Shown here in pieces: positions 10,944 through 22,849 of a DNA stretch of 64,000 nt (the first letter of the stretch is position 1; each line of letters begins with the position of its first letter). A program made the translations under genes and the position numbers. Source of the DNA: Podarcis cretensis (Eukaryota); the NCBI GenBank assembly GCA_951804945.1, contig OX638156.1:37200001-37264000 (forward strand), written 5' to 3'. The notes below the pieces were generated by a model, which was not told where the DNA came from, did not search any database, and saw only the letters and a program-made list of their open reading frames with translations.

Positions 10944-12344
10944 GAGGTTTCAAAGGACAGCGGAAAGTTGCCTGCAACCTGCTGACAGAGCTGTGTGTAA
11001 GATGTACAATTCCCCACTGAAATCTGATCCTCACCAGGGGAGTGTCCTGTGTAGGACCACAAGGGTGGAGACGTGGAATGAAAGTGCCAATCAAATTCCA
11101 GGGGCGGTTCTCAGGGCCTTGATGAGAGAGCCTTTCTTGTTGTCAGTCACTAGAAATCTTCACCTCTATTTGGAATGCAAAGATCAAAATAGAAAGTGGC
11201 TGTAGACTCCCCCCCCTCCCCCAGCTGCAATCTGGGGATATAGCCAGTATATGACATTCCAAAGTTGTAATGCCATTTACACCCACTATTCATTTCAAAT
11301 AGTATTCCTATGACACCTTTCGTAAAACAAGATGGCAGTCTGCAAAGGAAATCAAACAATATTAAATAATTAAAAGTTGAATCCCCCTCCCCATGCACAT
11401 GGAAATGCTAATATGGACCCTTTCTTAGAGGAGGAAGGGAGGGGGCATTCAGATGAGCCAGGGCTGACCTCTCCAGATATCGGATCCAGCAGGCAGAGTC
11501 CTTTTGCTAGTCTGAAACATATTCTCCTCCCCACTCCCCAGCCCACCGGGGTGGAAACGCCCAAGTCCCAGGACCACCTTTGCCTCCAGCCCCCGCAGGT
11601 GGTGTAGGGGGGGAGAGGCGTCGGTGCTGCCCCACCGGCTCACTGCAGCAAATATTAATAAAGCTGTGCTATGAATAATTAACTGTCATTTAAATATTCA
11701 TATGTTGTTGGGGCAAGGCCTTTTTACCAGGCATTTGAGGATATATTAGTGAAACATGATGTATTTCACCAAGGTTGATGTTATCCTAAAAGAGCTCCCC
11801 TCCTGTACGGAGCAGTGAGAAGGGAGAGGGAATGGCCAGTTGACAGGTTGCAAATATATAACTCTAATATCCCCCTGCAATTTCATAAACGGCTGCTGCG
11901 TATGAGCAAACCTAGAACAATATTGGAAGCATTAATTTCATTCGGCTAATGCTTATTTATATTTCATACATTGAAGCCTTCCTTAAAAGGAGCCCCTTTG
12001 GAAGGCACGGGGGGGGGGAGGTGGCTGGGCAGCCCAAGGGTCTGTGCTCCTCCTCCCCACCTTGAAGACAATGGATGCTACAGGGCTTTGCACCCACAGA
12101 ATCACAGAACTGTAGAGTTGGAAGGGACCCCACAGGTCATGTAACACTCCATGTCAGAGAGTTAGCAGCATTCTGCAAGGGATCCTCTACAACCACCAGC
12201 AAATTGCAGGCCACTTCTATAGTCCACATGCAGGCTCTGGGATTTCCACAGGTGATTTTGTTTTAATTTAATTTTGTTAGATGCTGTTTTCCCACAGGAA
12301 ACCATGTCCCGAGGGGCTCCCCATAAACACCCGGTAATTATAAG

Positions 12345-12585
12345 AACACAGCAGCCTCGCATTTGGCACAGCTCAGGAATTCTAAGGACACCCCCCCATT
12401 TTTATTTTTTTTAAAATCAGGGGTTTTGAAAAGTTCATCCCTCCGTCACAATTCAAAATGGAATCCAGCTGTATGGAAAGACAGGCAAAAACCTGCTCCT
12501 TGATCTCAGGAACCACCATGCAAAATCTGGTTACGATAGCATGTGAGGTGTGCAAAGGTCAGAAAAGCTTTCCAAAATGTAGATG
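12345..12585. mobile_element. Possible non-autonomous Helitron-like repeat
   Basis: Contains catgcaaaatctggttacgat and ends gctttccaaaatgtagat (minus strand begins ATC); no TIR or TSD seen. Confidence 0.3.
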
Positions 12586-12627
12586 CAATGTATTTTTTCC
12601 CCTTATTATTATTTTTAAGCAATCAAC

Positions 12628-13360
12628 TTTATTTAATCAATAAAAAACCAGCAATTCCAGGAGTCGAATATCAAAGTATTTTTTGCATCGTATGTTCAGG
12701 AAAAGGGTCCATCAAGGTAAACCAAATTTCCTTCATTGGTGCAGGTTGAGAATTTGTACCTAAAGTGTAAGAAATGAAGTTCCACCGTATAACGAAGAAA
12801 AAAAATTAAAAAATTTCCAGGTCTCCTAGTTCATTGAAGACCTTTAAATGGTGGGTCGTGTTCTTCAAAATTGCCAGTGTCCACACAAACACCACATTTC
12901 TCAACATTCTCCTTCACTTCGGAGTTTTCTTTAGAGTTTTGTCAGAACACTCTCAGCATATGGTGAATTTAGTAGTATTTTGTATGTTGCAAATGTCATG
13001 GAATGTCTGTTTTCATCTTGTTTTAAAACTGCATTATGGCTTATTTGTTGGTGCATATTTTGTAAGCCACTTTGTGGAGTCTTCTGTTCGAAAAGCAGCC
13101 TATTAAAAAAGCAAAAGCAAAAAGATGTATAAATTATATTCAAACAGGTGATAACCATTGTTAGACATACTCATTGTAGACTCATTGAAATGAACGTGCC
13201 CACATCTTAAAGGCGACAGTCTTCCTGATAGCAAACAGGTGTAGTTGTGGCAGCAGATTACTTTGGAATAAATGTTCCTGGAGAGCAAGGAGAACATTTC
13301 TGAGTTCAGGTGTTGTGCGCATTTGCAATGCTTCGCTACTCTCCCTCCTAAAATACTAAT
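12628..13360 (-). pseudogene. Decayed intron-containing transposon gene (KDZ-transposase-like motif plus PHD-like motif)
   Basis: Minus-strand GTATGT...polyY-AG intron 13170-13100, further acceptors at 13349 and 12761, AATAAA at 12633-12628; broken peptides PELRN/EMFSLLSRNIY/NLLPQLHLFAIRK and EKCGVC..DPP..GLQ*. Confidence 0.4.
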
Positions 13361-14411
13361 GATTTAAGGAATTTCAAAATTCAGCACACATAGTGAAATC
13401 TGCCCTAAGCAAATTGCAGGATTCGGGTCCCAAGCAAGTCGGACCGTTCTGTTGTCCCAGCCAATTAAGAATAATTGGCAGACAAGTGCCGAGTGCGGAT
13501 TTCGTGCATGAATGCAGCTGGGATAAGCACTTTCCCTGTTAAACAGCCAGTGGGTCCTCCCTCTCACCTGACTGCATCAGAATTATGGAAATCAAAATCT
13601 GAAGGAGAACCATATCAGGTAAATGCAAACTCTAAAGATGTGCTGATGAGGGGGGAAACCAAACACCCTTGGTAGCTCTCATGGGGGCTGGGCTCAGTCA
13701 GGACAGGAGGGCTCACTCAGTTGCCTGCATCCCCTTGCCAGAAAGCCCGTCCATCTGTCCACTCACCCACCCTTCCTGCTTGTGGAAAGGAACTGGGCTG
13801 AGCCTCACCAGGAGCAGAACGCTGGGCTGTGACTGATCCCCACATTTCCCTGCTTCTGCAGGCAGCCTCAGATCCAAACTTGGTACTTTAAAACATGCAA
13901 AACTCACCAATGAGCCAGCTGCCGTCTATGTACAAGCACCAGCGGGATGTGAAATTGCTGCATCACTGTGGACTCTAAATGACAATAAACCTTACACCTC
14001 TTATAAATTAAGCAGGCTTTCAAAAAAATGATATTTGCTCCTGCAACTTTTTATGGCTGTTTGGTAACTTTAATCATTTTGCAAAATGCAATTCCTGGCC
14101 ATAAATCCTCAGCCAAGTACAGATTTAAGGAGATCTAGAGGACTGCAGTGGGCTGAGAGGTAGGTTTTAATCTGACAAGGCCAAAAAGTCTATTAGATTT
14201 ATACCAATGCAGCAGCTATGCTGTAATTGCAATAGGGCAGGCTGAACCAAAATTTGGGACACCAGGAAGGGAAATTGCAAGATGGAGAAGGGGGCAGGGG
14301 AGCATTACTTAACCTGATCTATGCAATTTATGGGGAGCAGCCTCCATCAAAAGACCCAGGACTTACTTGAAACACAGGGTCTTTCCTGCTTAGGAGACTG
14401 GTAGCCAGCAA

Positions 14412-14673
14412 CAAGGGTGGTCCAACCCATTTCGCCGCCCTAGGCAAAATGGGAAGGTGACCCCTGGCTCCTTCCCCCTGCCCTCCACCCCCACATTGAA
14501 GCCTTGCTTTTCAGGGTCACACAGTGATCATGGGATCTCAAGAAGCTTTTCTTATCCTTTCTTCTCCAGTGGTGGCAGCAGGGGCAGGCGGGTTGCCTAC
14601 AGGGGCACTGTCCCATGGGATTCTGCCACCTGAGGCAGCTGCCTCAGTCTGCCTCATAGGCAGGCCGGCCCTG
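14412..14673. mobile_element. hAT-type non-autonomous DNA transposon
   Basis: Perfect 8-bp TSD GCCAGCAA (14404-11, 14674-81); CA..GG / CCCTG termini. Confidence 0.8.
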
Positions 14674-15051
14674 GCCAGCAAAACTGCAGTCTGAACTTTT
14701 GTGCATGAGGATCAATCTCAAGCCATTCCCACCCACTGCCCAAGGCAGTGGTGGAGGGCCTGCAATTTCCCAGCTCAGCCACAAAGGGGGGACATTGGGC
14801 CAGTCAGTCTGTCTTAGGGCCCCTCCAGACAACCTGTTAATTGATCCATCATCCTGATTTGCTGGCAGCAGACTGACAAAGAGGTGAGGTTATAGCTATT
14901 TGCCTTGATAGGTTTGTGGGAGCAGGGGGAGCCTTTGTTCTGCATCCATCCCCAGCTTGCTTGCAAGGAGTTTATTAATCACCAGTTCATCCCACACAAC
15001 TGAATGCCTTTCCCCATTGCTTTCCAAACAGCAGAAAGCCTGATTCTTTTT

Positions 15052-15225
15052 CATAGAGTCATAGTTGGAAGGAACCCCAAGGATCAAATAGCCCAACCCT
15101 TGCAATGCAGGAATCACAGCTCAAGAATCTCTGGCAGATGGCCATCCAAGCTCTGCTTCAAAACCTCCAATGAAGGAAAGTCCACCACCTTCTGAGGTTT
15201 TCTGTTCCGCTGTCAAACAGCTCTT
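15052..15225 (-). mobile_element. CR1 3' fragment
   Basis: catagagtcatagttggaagg...tgcaatgcaggaatcacagct...ggccatcca..ctctgctt.aaaacctccaatgaagga. Confidence 0.8.
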
Positions 15226-15537
15226 ATTTTCAATGTGGATTTGTTGTGCTGGTGCAATTGGATCACTCCCACAAATTAATTACACCCAGAGCAGGCAGGA
15301 GACGCTTAGCCCTGTTTTAGCACCACTGGCTTGTCATTGTGAAAATAGGGGTGAGGAAGGGAAAGTCGTGTGTGTGTGTGCGTGTGTGTGTGTGTGTGCA
15401 TGTGTGTTTGTATATGTGTGCACATGTCACGTTGAAACCCTTGGAGGAATTTAATGTCAGGCCATTTATGGAGAAAAGAGAGAGAGGCTCAATAAGGCAT
15501 TTTAAAGGCAGCTGGGTGGCTTGTGAGGCCAAACTGA

Positions 15538-15748
15538 GAGCCAGCATGGTGTAATGTCAGGCCAGGACCTGGGAGAGACCAGGGTTCAAATCCACACTTG
15601 GCCAGTATGCTCACTGGGTGACCGTGGGCCTGTCATTGCCTCTCAGCCTAACCTCATAGGGTCATTGTGGGGATTAAATGAGTAGGGGGAGAACCATGTA
15701 CACCACCTTGAGGTCCTTGGAGAAAATGTAGAAATGCAATAAATAAAA
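15538..15748 (+). mobile_element. tRNA-derived CORE/MIR-like SINE
   Basis: gccagcatggtgta.tg A-box region, gggttcaaatcc B-box, ctgggtgacc core, A-rich end. Confidence 0.75.
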
Positions 15749-15754
15749 CAACCA

Positions 15755-15863
15755 ACTGGATAGCTCAGGTGGTGCTGATAACACCAAGGCTGCAGGTTTG
15801 ATTCTCTTATGGGACAGCTTCATATTCCTGCATTGCAGGGGGTTGGACTAGACGATCCTCAGT
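15755..15863 (+). mobile_element. tRNA-Ile-derived SINE with CR1-derived tail
   Basis: tagctcag..gtggtgctgataacaccaaggctgcaggtttgattc matches tRNA-Ile with a D-arm deletion, followed by the CR1 end ttcctgcattgcagggggttggactaga. Confidence 0.7.
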
Positions 15864-15889
15864 ATTTTCTATTTCCACATGGGGTTGTG

Positions 15890-16600
15890 TGTGTGTTTTA
15901 TTTTTAAAAGTCCTCATGAAAATTCATCAGCATTTTAGTGTGAACTTCTCCTAAGATTCACAATTTTGTATGCCATTGTGCCTAGCATACACATGTCTTA
16001 CAAAGTGATTTCCCCTTATACAGTGTATTTTTGGAAGTTATTTTCATGCATCTGTGCCTTTTTAACACACGTTTTATCCTACTACATACCTTTCTATAAA
16101 CATTCCCTGGTTGGAGAAACTACATTTGCAAAATTCAGAGAAGAGAGAATTTCAAAGAACAGCTGTGTTGCTGTCCACATATTTACTGAGAAGGTGGGAA
16201 TTAGGTGTCGGAACTCTACTCCACCCGGTCGAGTCTTTGGAATCTCCTCCGACGGTGATTAACGACCTAAGCATTTAATGAGGCTTCAGGCACGTTCCCA
16301 TTTTGCAGAGTATCCAAACAGCAGCAGAAGAGCGAGAAATATGAGCTACATCGCTACGTTTTATTTCTAACTACACAGGACAGAAAAGAATATGCATCTG
16401 CTCTCTGTGAAAGACAGAGAACCAACTGGAACAAAGAAATAGGAAACCAGTAACATCAACATCCGTCTCCCGTGAGACTTCCAAAAGTCTGGAATGTAAA
16501 CAGAATCTTGTGACTCCAAGCACTGCACAGTGGCATAACAGAAACCTAACATTAGGGCAGTTCACGCAAAGTGGATCAAATTTCTCTCCCCTCCCCATCT
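15890..16600. mobile_element. Old DNA-transposon-like remnant interrupted by a solo LTR
   Basis: Degenerate internal repeats; right part (gcattgcaaaattcag..gaatttcaa..ggtg.gaatta) recurs at about 45160-45260. Confidence 0.45.
16206..16551 (-). mobile_element. Solo LTR (346 bp)
   Basis: TG...CA termini, perfect 5-bp TSD TTAGG (16201-05, 16552-56), CpGs retained. Confidence 0.85.
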
Positions 16601-17391
16601 TTTGTCCTGCCACTTCCAGACATGGTTCTCCAAAATATTTCTCTGCCTCTGTTAGTCCTACAGGACCTTTCCCTGAGTGAGTATGTCCAGGGATGGCAGT
16701 AATGGGGTTCCCTGGAATTCTGTGCCCAGGTTTGGGGCACTTCAAAAATACATGGGGGGTTGGAATCAATGTTGCCCCATGGCAGAAGCCCCATGGAATG
16801 CAGAATGGCATTAAGACCAGGGGGAGCCATTTCCTTGCAACTGCAGCCACCCTGCCTTTCTGCCTTTCCCATCCTTCACCTTGGCAGCATTTGCATTCCA
16901 AAAGAGTTTGGCCCTGTGAGGGCCTGTCTGCAGGGTGAGTGATGCAAGCATCGGTTTTCTTCCTCCTCCCCACAGAATATAAATATAAGATAATTAACAC
17001 AGAGAATGCTTAAGTGTCTAATCAATAGGAATACAAGGCATTTCCATATGTCAGGGCCTGCTGGAAAGAGGCAGCCACAGGCAGTCCCTGGGAAAGGAGA
17101 TTGCACTGCCAGGCTGTTTGGAAGGGATCGAAGGCTGCCAACTCAGTCACCGCCCCCCCCCCCCCCGAAAATAGACGCAGAGCTTTTGCAAAGCCAAGTA
17201 TTCAGGCTCTGTTTAATCACCCCTCCCCCAGTCAGCAGGGGCTGCCCTCTGGAAATTACCACCCGGGGGTCCCTGACTGACTGGCTTTTGGGAGGGGAGT
17301 CCTGGAGGCAGGCAGAGGCACCCACTCTGTGTCCTGCCCCCAGCAGCATCACCAAAGGCAGAAGGAACGGCACCCCAAGAACTGACCATGG

Positions 17392-17790
17392 TATAAGAAG
17401 ATAAGAGGAACAGGAGAAGACCCCACCTGGTCTAGCATCTTGTTCTCACAGATGTCTGTGGAAAACCCACAATCAGGACCTGAGCACAAGAGCACTCTCC
17501 TTTCCCGTGGTTCCCAGCATCTGGTATTCAAAAGCATGACTGTAGGGGCAACGAATAGCCATCATGGCTAGTAGCCATCGATAGCCCTCTCCTCCTCCAT
17601 GAATTTGTCTAATCGTCAGTCACTAGAAATTAATCGTCAGTCACTAGATTGGTGGCCATCGCTGCCTCCTGTGGGAGTGAGTTCCATAGTTTAACTCTGT
17701 GCTGTGTGACGAATCCTTCTTTTTATCTGTCCTGAATCTTCCAGCATACAGCTTCATTGGACTCCCATGAGTGCTAGTCTTATGAGAGGA
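17392..17790 (-). mobile_element. CR1 3' fragment
   Basis: gccatcatggctagtagccatcgatagcc, gagttccatagtttaact, ctgtcctgaatcttcca motifs shared with other copies. Confidence 0.85.
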
Positions 17791-18998
17791 GGGGAGAGAC
17801 ACGGCTTCCCCAAGCTGGTGTTCCCCATCAAGGATGCCAGAGCCCTCCTCCCAGCTGAAAGCACTCCTTCTTCAAGCAGGAGTCGAAGAAGTCAGGGGAT
17901 TCTCCATCTGCATCTTTTCTTTCCTTTGAAATCCAGCAAGTCCTCTTGGAGTGACACCAGCTGTTGTGGCAATTCCACAAGGCATCTGCTCATGAACTGA
18001 CAGGTTCTCTGCTCAAGTGGTTTATTATGTAAATGTTGCTCACCATAAAAATCAATGCTGTGGGTTTTTTTTGGTTTTTTTTTTTTTTGCTAAGTGGCCA
18101 ATATTTATTTGGCTCAAGTGTTGTTTAATTTGATGCATTTATTAGGGGACAGTCAAATGCCCGAGCTGGTCCTTAAGCTGCTTCGTACTGCTCCCTCCAT
18201 GCCTTGAAGCCTCCTGCGCTTTTGTCCCCGTGCATAACTCAAGGACGGGAGTAATTGATATGAAACTTTTAGAAATTAATTTTGCTGCATCTACCCCAAA
18301 GAGGGAGTGAGAGACTGTGGGATCATTTATAACATCACAGTTATTGGCCCTGACAAAACAATACCTTAAAAACGCAGCAAAGTAAATTATGGCGCACGCA
18401 AATGGCTCGGGCCAGCCATGGCCCTGAATTGGACGATGGCCAGGCAAGCGAAAACAAAGTAAATATGCTTTTGATATTAATAATACAGACAATATTGATC
18501 CACCAGCCAGTGTCACTTGTCTGCTCCGCGAGGAGATTGCTTCAGGCATTTTGCCCCCCACCCTTGGGGAGCCTCCCTCCTTGCAGGCCATTTAATTCCG
18601 CCAGTCTCTAATTGTATCAGACAAACCCAAGTCAAAGGAAGGGACCCCTGCTTGCCAAGGTGGGCTGTTAGTCAGAAAGTTGTCAGAAACAAAGATAACT
18701 CAATTCCTGGGTCTCGGACGCCGTTGTCTTTCTAAATGTTTATCAGATCAACATCTCCTTTGGCTCGGAGCCTGCTGTGACTGAGGGGATGTGAACTCCA
18801 ATTACAGTGTCGTAATTTTTAAAAGGACCTGAGCAAATGCTTTTTGTATAATAAAGTAATAACTCCAAGAGTACTGATCTTCCTCACTGAAGGTGGGCAA
18901 TGGAAGGAAACAGAAGGGGGGTATCTTGGGTTTGGTCAGTCAACCAGCAACAAATCCACCCAACAGTTAACTTTTCCAGTCCACGTTTTACCAGCTTC

Positions 18999-19341
18999 GG
19001 GACGCGGGTGGCACTGTGGGTTAAACCACAGAGCCTAGGACTTGCTGATCAGAAGGTCGGCGGTTCGAATCCCCGTGATGGGGTGAGCTCCCGTTGCTTG
19101 GTCCCTGCTCCTGCCAACCTAGCAGTTCGAAAGCATGTCAAAGTGCAAGTAGATAAATAGGTACCGCTCCGGCGGGAAGGTAAATGGCGTTTTCAGTGCG
19201 CTGCTCTGGTTCAACAGAAGTGGCTTAGTCATGCTGGCCACATCGGCTCCCTTGGCCAATAAAGTGAGATGAGCGCCGCAACCCCACAGTCGGTCACGAC
19301 TGGACCTAATGGTCAGGGGTCCCTTTACCTTTACCTTTACC
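18999..19341 (+). mobile_element. Sauria SINE
   Basis: gggacgcgggtggc head, ggttcgaatccc B-box, gtgcaagtagataaatagg body, (ACCTTT)n tail. Confidence 0.95.
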
Positions 19342-19585
19342 ACAGGAATATCATGATGGGGGAGTTTGTCAAAAACCTTACTGAAATCAAGATACACTAG
19401 GTCCACAGCTTTCTCCTGATCCACCAAGCTTGTAACTCTATCCCAAAAAAAGAAAAGAAAAGAAAAATGAGATTCGCCTCGCATGACATATTTTTGAGAA
19501 ACTCATACTGGGTCTTAGTAATCACAACATCCTTTTCTAAGTGCTCACAGACTGGCTGTTCTAGAACCTTTCCTGGCATTGATTT
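19342..19585 (-). mobile_element. CR1 RT fragment
   Basis: Minus translation DRVTSLVDQEKAVDLVYLDFSKVFDKLPH and QYEFLKNMSCEANLI. Confidence 0.9.
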
Positions 19586-19689
19586 GGCAGACACCCACAG
19601 TAAGGCCACTGTTGTTTCCCTATCTTCCAATTTGTACATATATATTCAATCTGCCTCCCATTCTTCAGGTCATGGATCTCTTCACAAGT

Positions 19690-20195
19690 GTACACATCAT
19701 TTACACATAATGCTCCCCCTACTCATTTTCTATTTAGTCTATTCCTTTTGAACAGGTTATAACCCTTAATTTCTATATTCCATGAGTCTCATCCCACCAG
19801 GTTTCAGTAATACTTATTACTGTATTACAGTAATCCTTATTAGGTGGTGTTTGCCATCCTATATTAAGAGCTCAAATTTGTCTTGCTTGTCTTCCATACT
19901 CTGTATATTAGTATAGAGACAACTGAAACCATGAGTCATTCCCTCTAGCTCCGTCCTCCTTGTACTTTCCTGTCCTTTAGCAAGTTTCTGGAGCACCATA
20001 TCAGTTTCCTGTACATCAGTGAAGCTATTGTCCCGAGTACCAGGTATTCCTCTGTTATCTGTAATATTGTCTCCCTCACCCTCAGGATTTCGCTTAAAGC
20101 TCTTCTGATCAGGTTCACAAGACTCTTAGCAAACACATTTTTGCCAACTACAGTGAGGTGCGACCCATCGCTTGCCAGAAATCCTTCCTCGAGGA
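19690..20195 (-). mobile_element. CR1 ORF1 esterase end and ORF2 endonuclease remnant
   Basis: Minus translation DGSHLTVVGKNVFAKSL (ORF1), CLYTNIQSMEDKQ and ITETWWDE (APE). Confidence 0.8.
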
Positions 20196-22489
20196 ATACG
20201 GTAGCACCATAGATTTGTAGGATGGCATTAGGATATTACCTTCCTGTGGTTTCATTGCTCAACTCAGGAGCAAACCATTTCCTTGCTGAATTTTACATGA
20301 TCCTTGACACAATTCTGTCGTTGTTGTATTTCCTAGAAATGGCCCTGAAGCTAACCTCCATAGTCTGAGACAAGTCTCCTTGTCTTTATGCCAATATCTT
20401 TTATGTATAAATAGGAGCCTTTGCTTCATTTCTCTATAGTTTGTTCTTAGAAAAAAAAGTATTTCCCTAGACTCATCCCTCAGCTGCATACTCCATGCAT
20501 AACTGCCTGGCTTTGCCTACTGAAGCACACTTTAAACAATGCTCAAATACATTTTTCTGGCTTATTTTCAGCTTTCACTATTGTGAAGAAGATGGTGCAG
20601 GCATTTCAGTAAAAGCTCTTGTGATCTCCTCCATTGCAGTTTTTTTTCAAAGAATACTTTCCTTCCAGAGTTCAGTAGCACACCAACTTTTCTGCTATGA
20701 AAAGACCTTTGAAGGACTGGATGCACTTTGGTTTTGATGTAGTTCCATTTCTTAAAAACAAAGTTTGCAGAAGGCTGGCTTTCAATTATCCAAGTGATTA
20801 AAAGACAAAGGACAATCCAATCCAACCCTTTCCTCCATTTTAATTTGGTGGTCTGCTCTGGGTCTGAATGTACACTTTAGCAACCCATGGGGTAGGTGAT
20901 AAAAGACCACAGACTCAAGACTGTAATTGAAATGAATCAATCAGTTTATTGATACACAGTGCTTCATTCAGAGATTAATTTACCCTCTCCCCACAATCAA
21001 CAACGGCCCTCTTTACTTGCACTTGTTCTAACTTTTGGATTAAAAAGAACAAAGAGTTAACTTGCTTTGGGCATTAAATATTTACATATAAATGTTATGA
21101 AGGTGTGTGTAAATTATAAATAATGTAAGGCGGGACTTTGTGGTTAGAGCTAAGAGACCCAAATTGTATCATCATAATACATTATTCACAAATGATGCAT
21201 CTCTTCTCCTCCATTAGCGCGACTAGAAAAAGCCCTTGAGTGCTTAACTTGGATTTGGAGGTGGGTAATAAATGCGAGATAAACAAATAGCAGTGGGGGA
21301 GGAAGCTGTAGTTAAACAAGCGCAAATTGGTGCGACTCCGACTAATTTTGCCAAACCACACCTTGCCCAGGAAACGCACAGCGAGGGCTCTGCAGGCAAG
21401 AGACATGGCAATAAATCCAAATTACCTGAATTAATTTAACCCAGAAGAAGCACCCATCAAAAGTGTCAGTCTCACAATGAGAGGTGGTTAGATTAAAATC
21501 ACATCAGGACATCTCTGGATGTCCATGCAGTGTTAGCGACAGTGCAGATGCCTTTCGGATTCCAGGTGATGCCTTTTCACAGCCACTCAGTAGTGATGAT
21601 TATTGCTCAGGCACTTAAGATGTGTGTGTGTTTTTTTTTTGTGTGTGTGCATCTGGGCCTTGCACAGATTCTTCTTTGGGGCCAGCAGTCCTGAGACCAG
21701 CTGTTGATTTCCACAACTCTTTCTTGGATTGGAAGCGCAGGCATAGAATAAATATATTTTTCTACAGGATTTAAATTGTGTGCTCAAAGGAGGAGGGGTG
21801 CCTGTGGCAGGAGAAAGAAGGGGCTGATGTGCATGTAGGGAGAGGAACAGCACCAACAACTTAAATGTATCTTATGCACCTAGTTGTTGGGCATGTGAGT
21901 GGGGCAGAGATCTTGCATTTGTTGCTTGTGCGGTGGGTGGGTGGGGGATACGGCTTGCAAATCTTACTGCCGTGGTTCATTTGCCTGAGGTGTGGGTCCA
22001 GCTGCTGTTCTGGTTGGAGTGCCCCAAAGGAGACCCCCAAGAGTCAAGGAGAGCTGTGGAAATGCCACTGGAGGCAGCAGCTAAGAGTTTGCCCAGTTCC
22101 AACACTAAAAGTCACAAGGCTAAGTATGTAGCTGTTTTGACTGGAGTGGCTGTGTGGGCATGAAGCATAGCAGGAGAAGGACTTGAATATCCAGCAGGAC
22201 TAGCAAAGAACATGGGACAGACAAGAACAAGGTGATATGTTCTTGCAATATCCCTCCCACAAAGCACATTTGAAGAGCCCTGGAAGCTACACTGGGTTTA
22301 TGTATTTTTATTGTAAACCACTTTGAGATCTTTTATGAAAGGTAAATAAATATTTTCTATATATAAATAGATACACGATTTCCTTAAGAAGCCCACTTTG
22401 TAACTGGGAAATTGTTAACAGCTCTCTCCTAGCTGCAAATATATCCCCTTTGGCGGCAAGGTGCTGGCTTTGCAAGTTCAGGCATGGCT

Positions 22490-22790
22490 AGGTGAATCAT
22501 TTCCAGCAAGGTTCTCTGTTAGGGTTTGGCACTGAAGCCATCTTGGTTGCCCTGAGGGATGATCAGAGAAGAGATGGGGAGTATGATCCTGTTGGTTCTC
22601 ATGGACCTGCCAATGGCTTTTGAAACCATTAGCTGTGGCATGCTGCTGGACTGACTCCATGGGCTGGAAGTTCAGGAGGTCACGCAGTGCCCTCTTTGCT
22701 ACTGGCAGGATAAATTTCAGAAGGTAGCACTGATAGCTCCTGCTTGGCTCCACAGCAATTGTGCTGTGGAGCCTCATAAGGTTTTTTCTT
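22490..22790 (+). mobile_element. L2 RT remnant
   Basis: GFGTEAILVALRDD...LLVLMDLPMAFETIS, decayed L2 RT motifs. Confidence 0.65.
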
Positions 22791-22849
22791 GTCCCCTCAG
22801 TGTTCTTTAATGGTGTTAGAGATTTGGGGTAAACCCTAGAAATTAAGAA

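Noticed and set aside
15755-15830. Functional tRNA-Ile gene
   Set aside because: D-arm deleted, B-box mutated and fused to a CR1 tail, so it is a SINE.
16371-17000. 209-aa ORF
   Set aside because: It crosses a solo-LTR boundary and has no domain signature.
20220-20830. Possible decayed coding segment
   Set aside because: No recognisable motif in the minus-strand translations I examined or in the ORF track.
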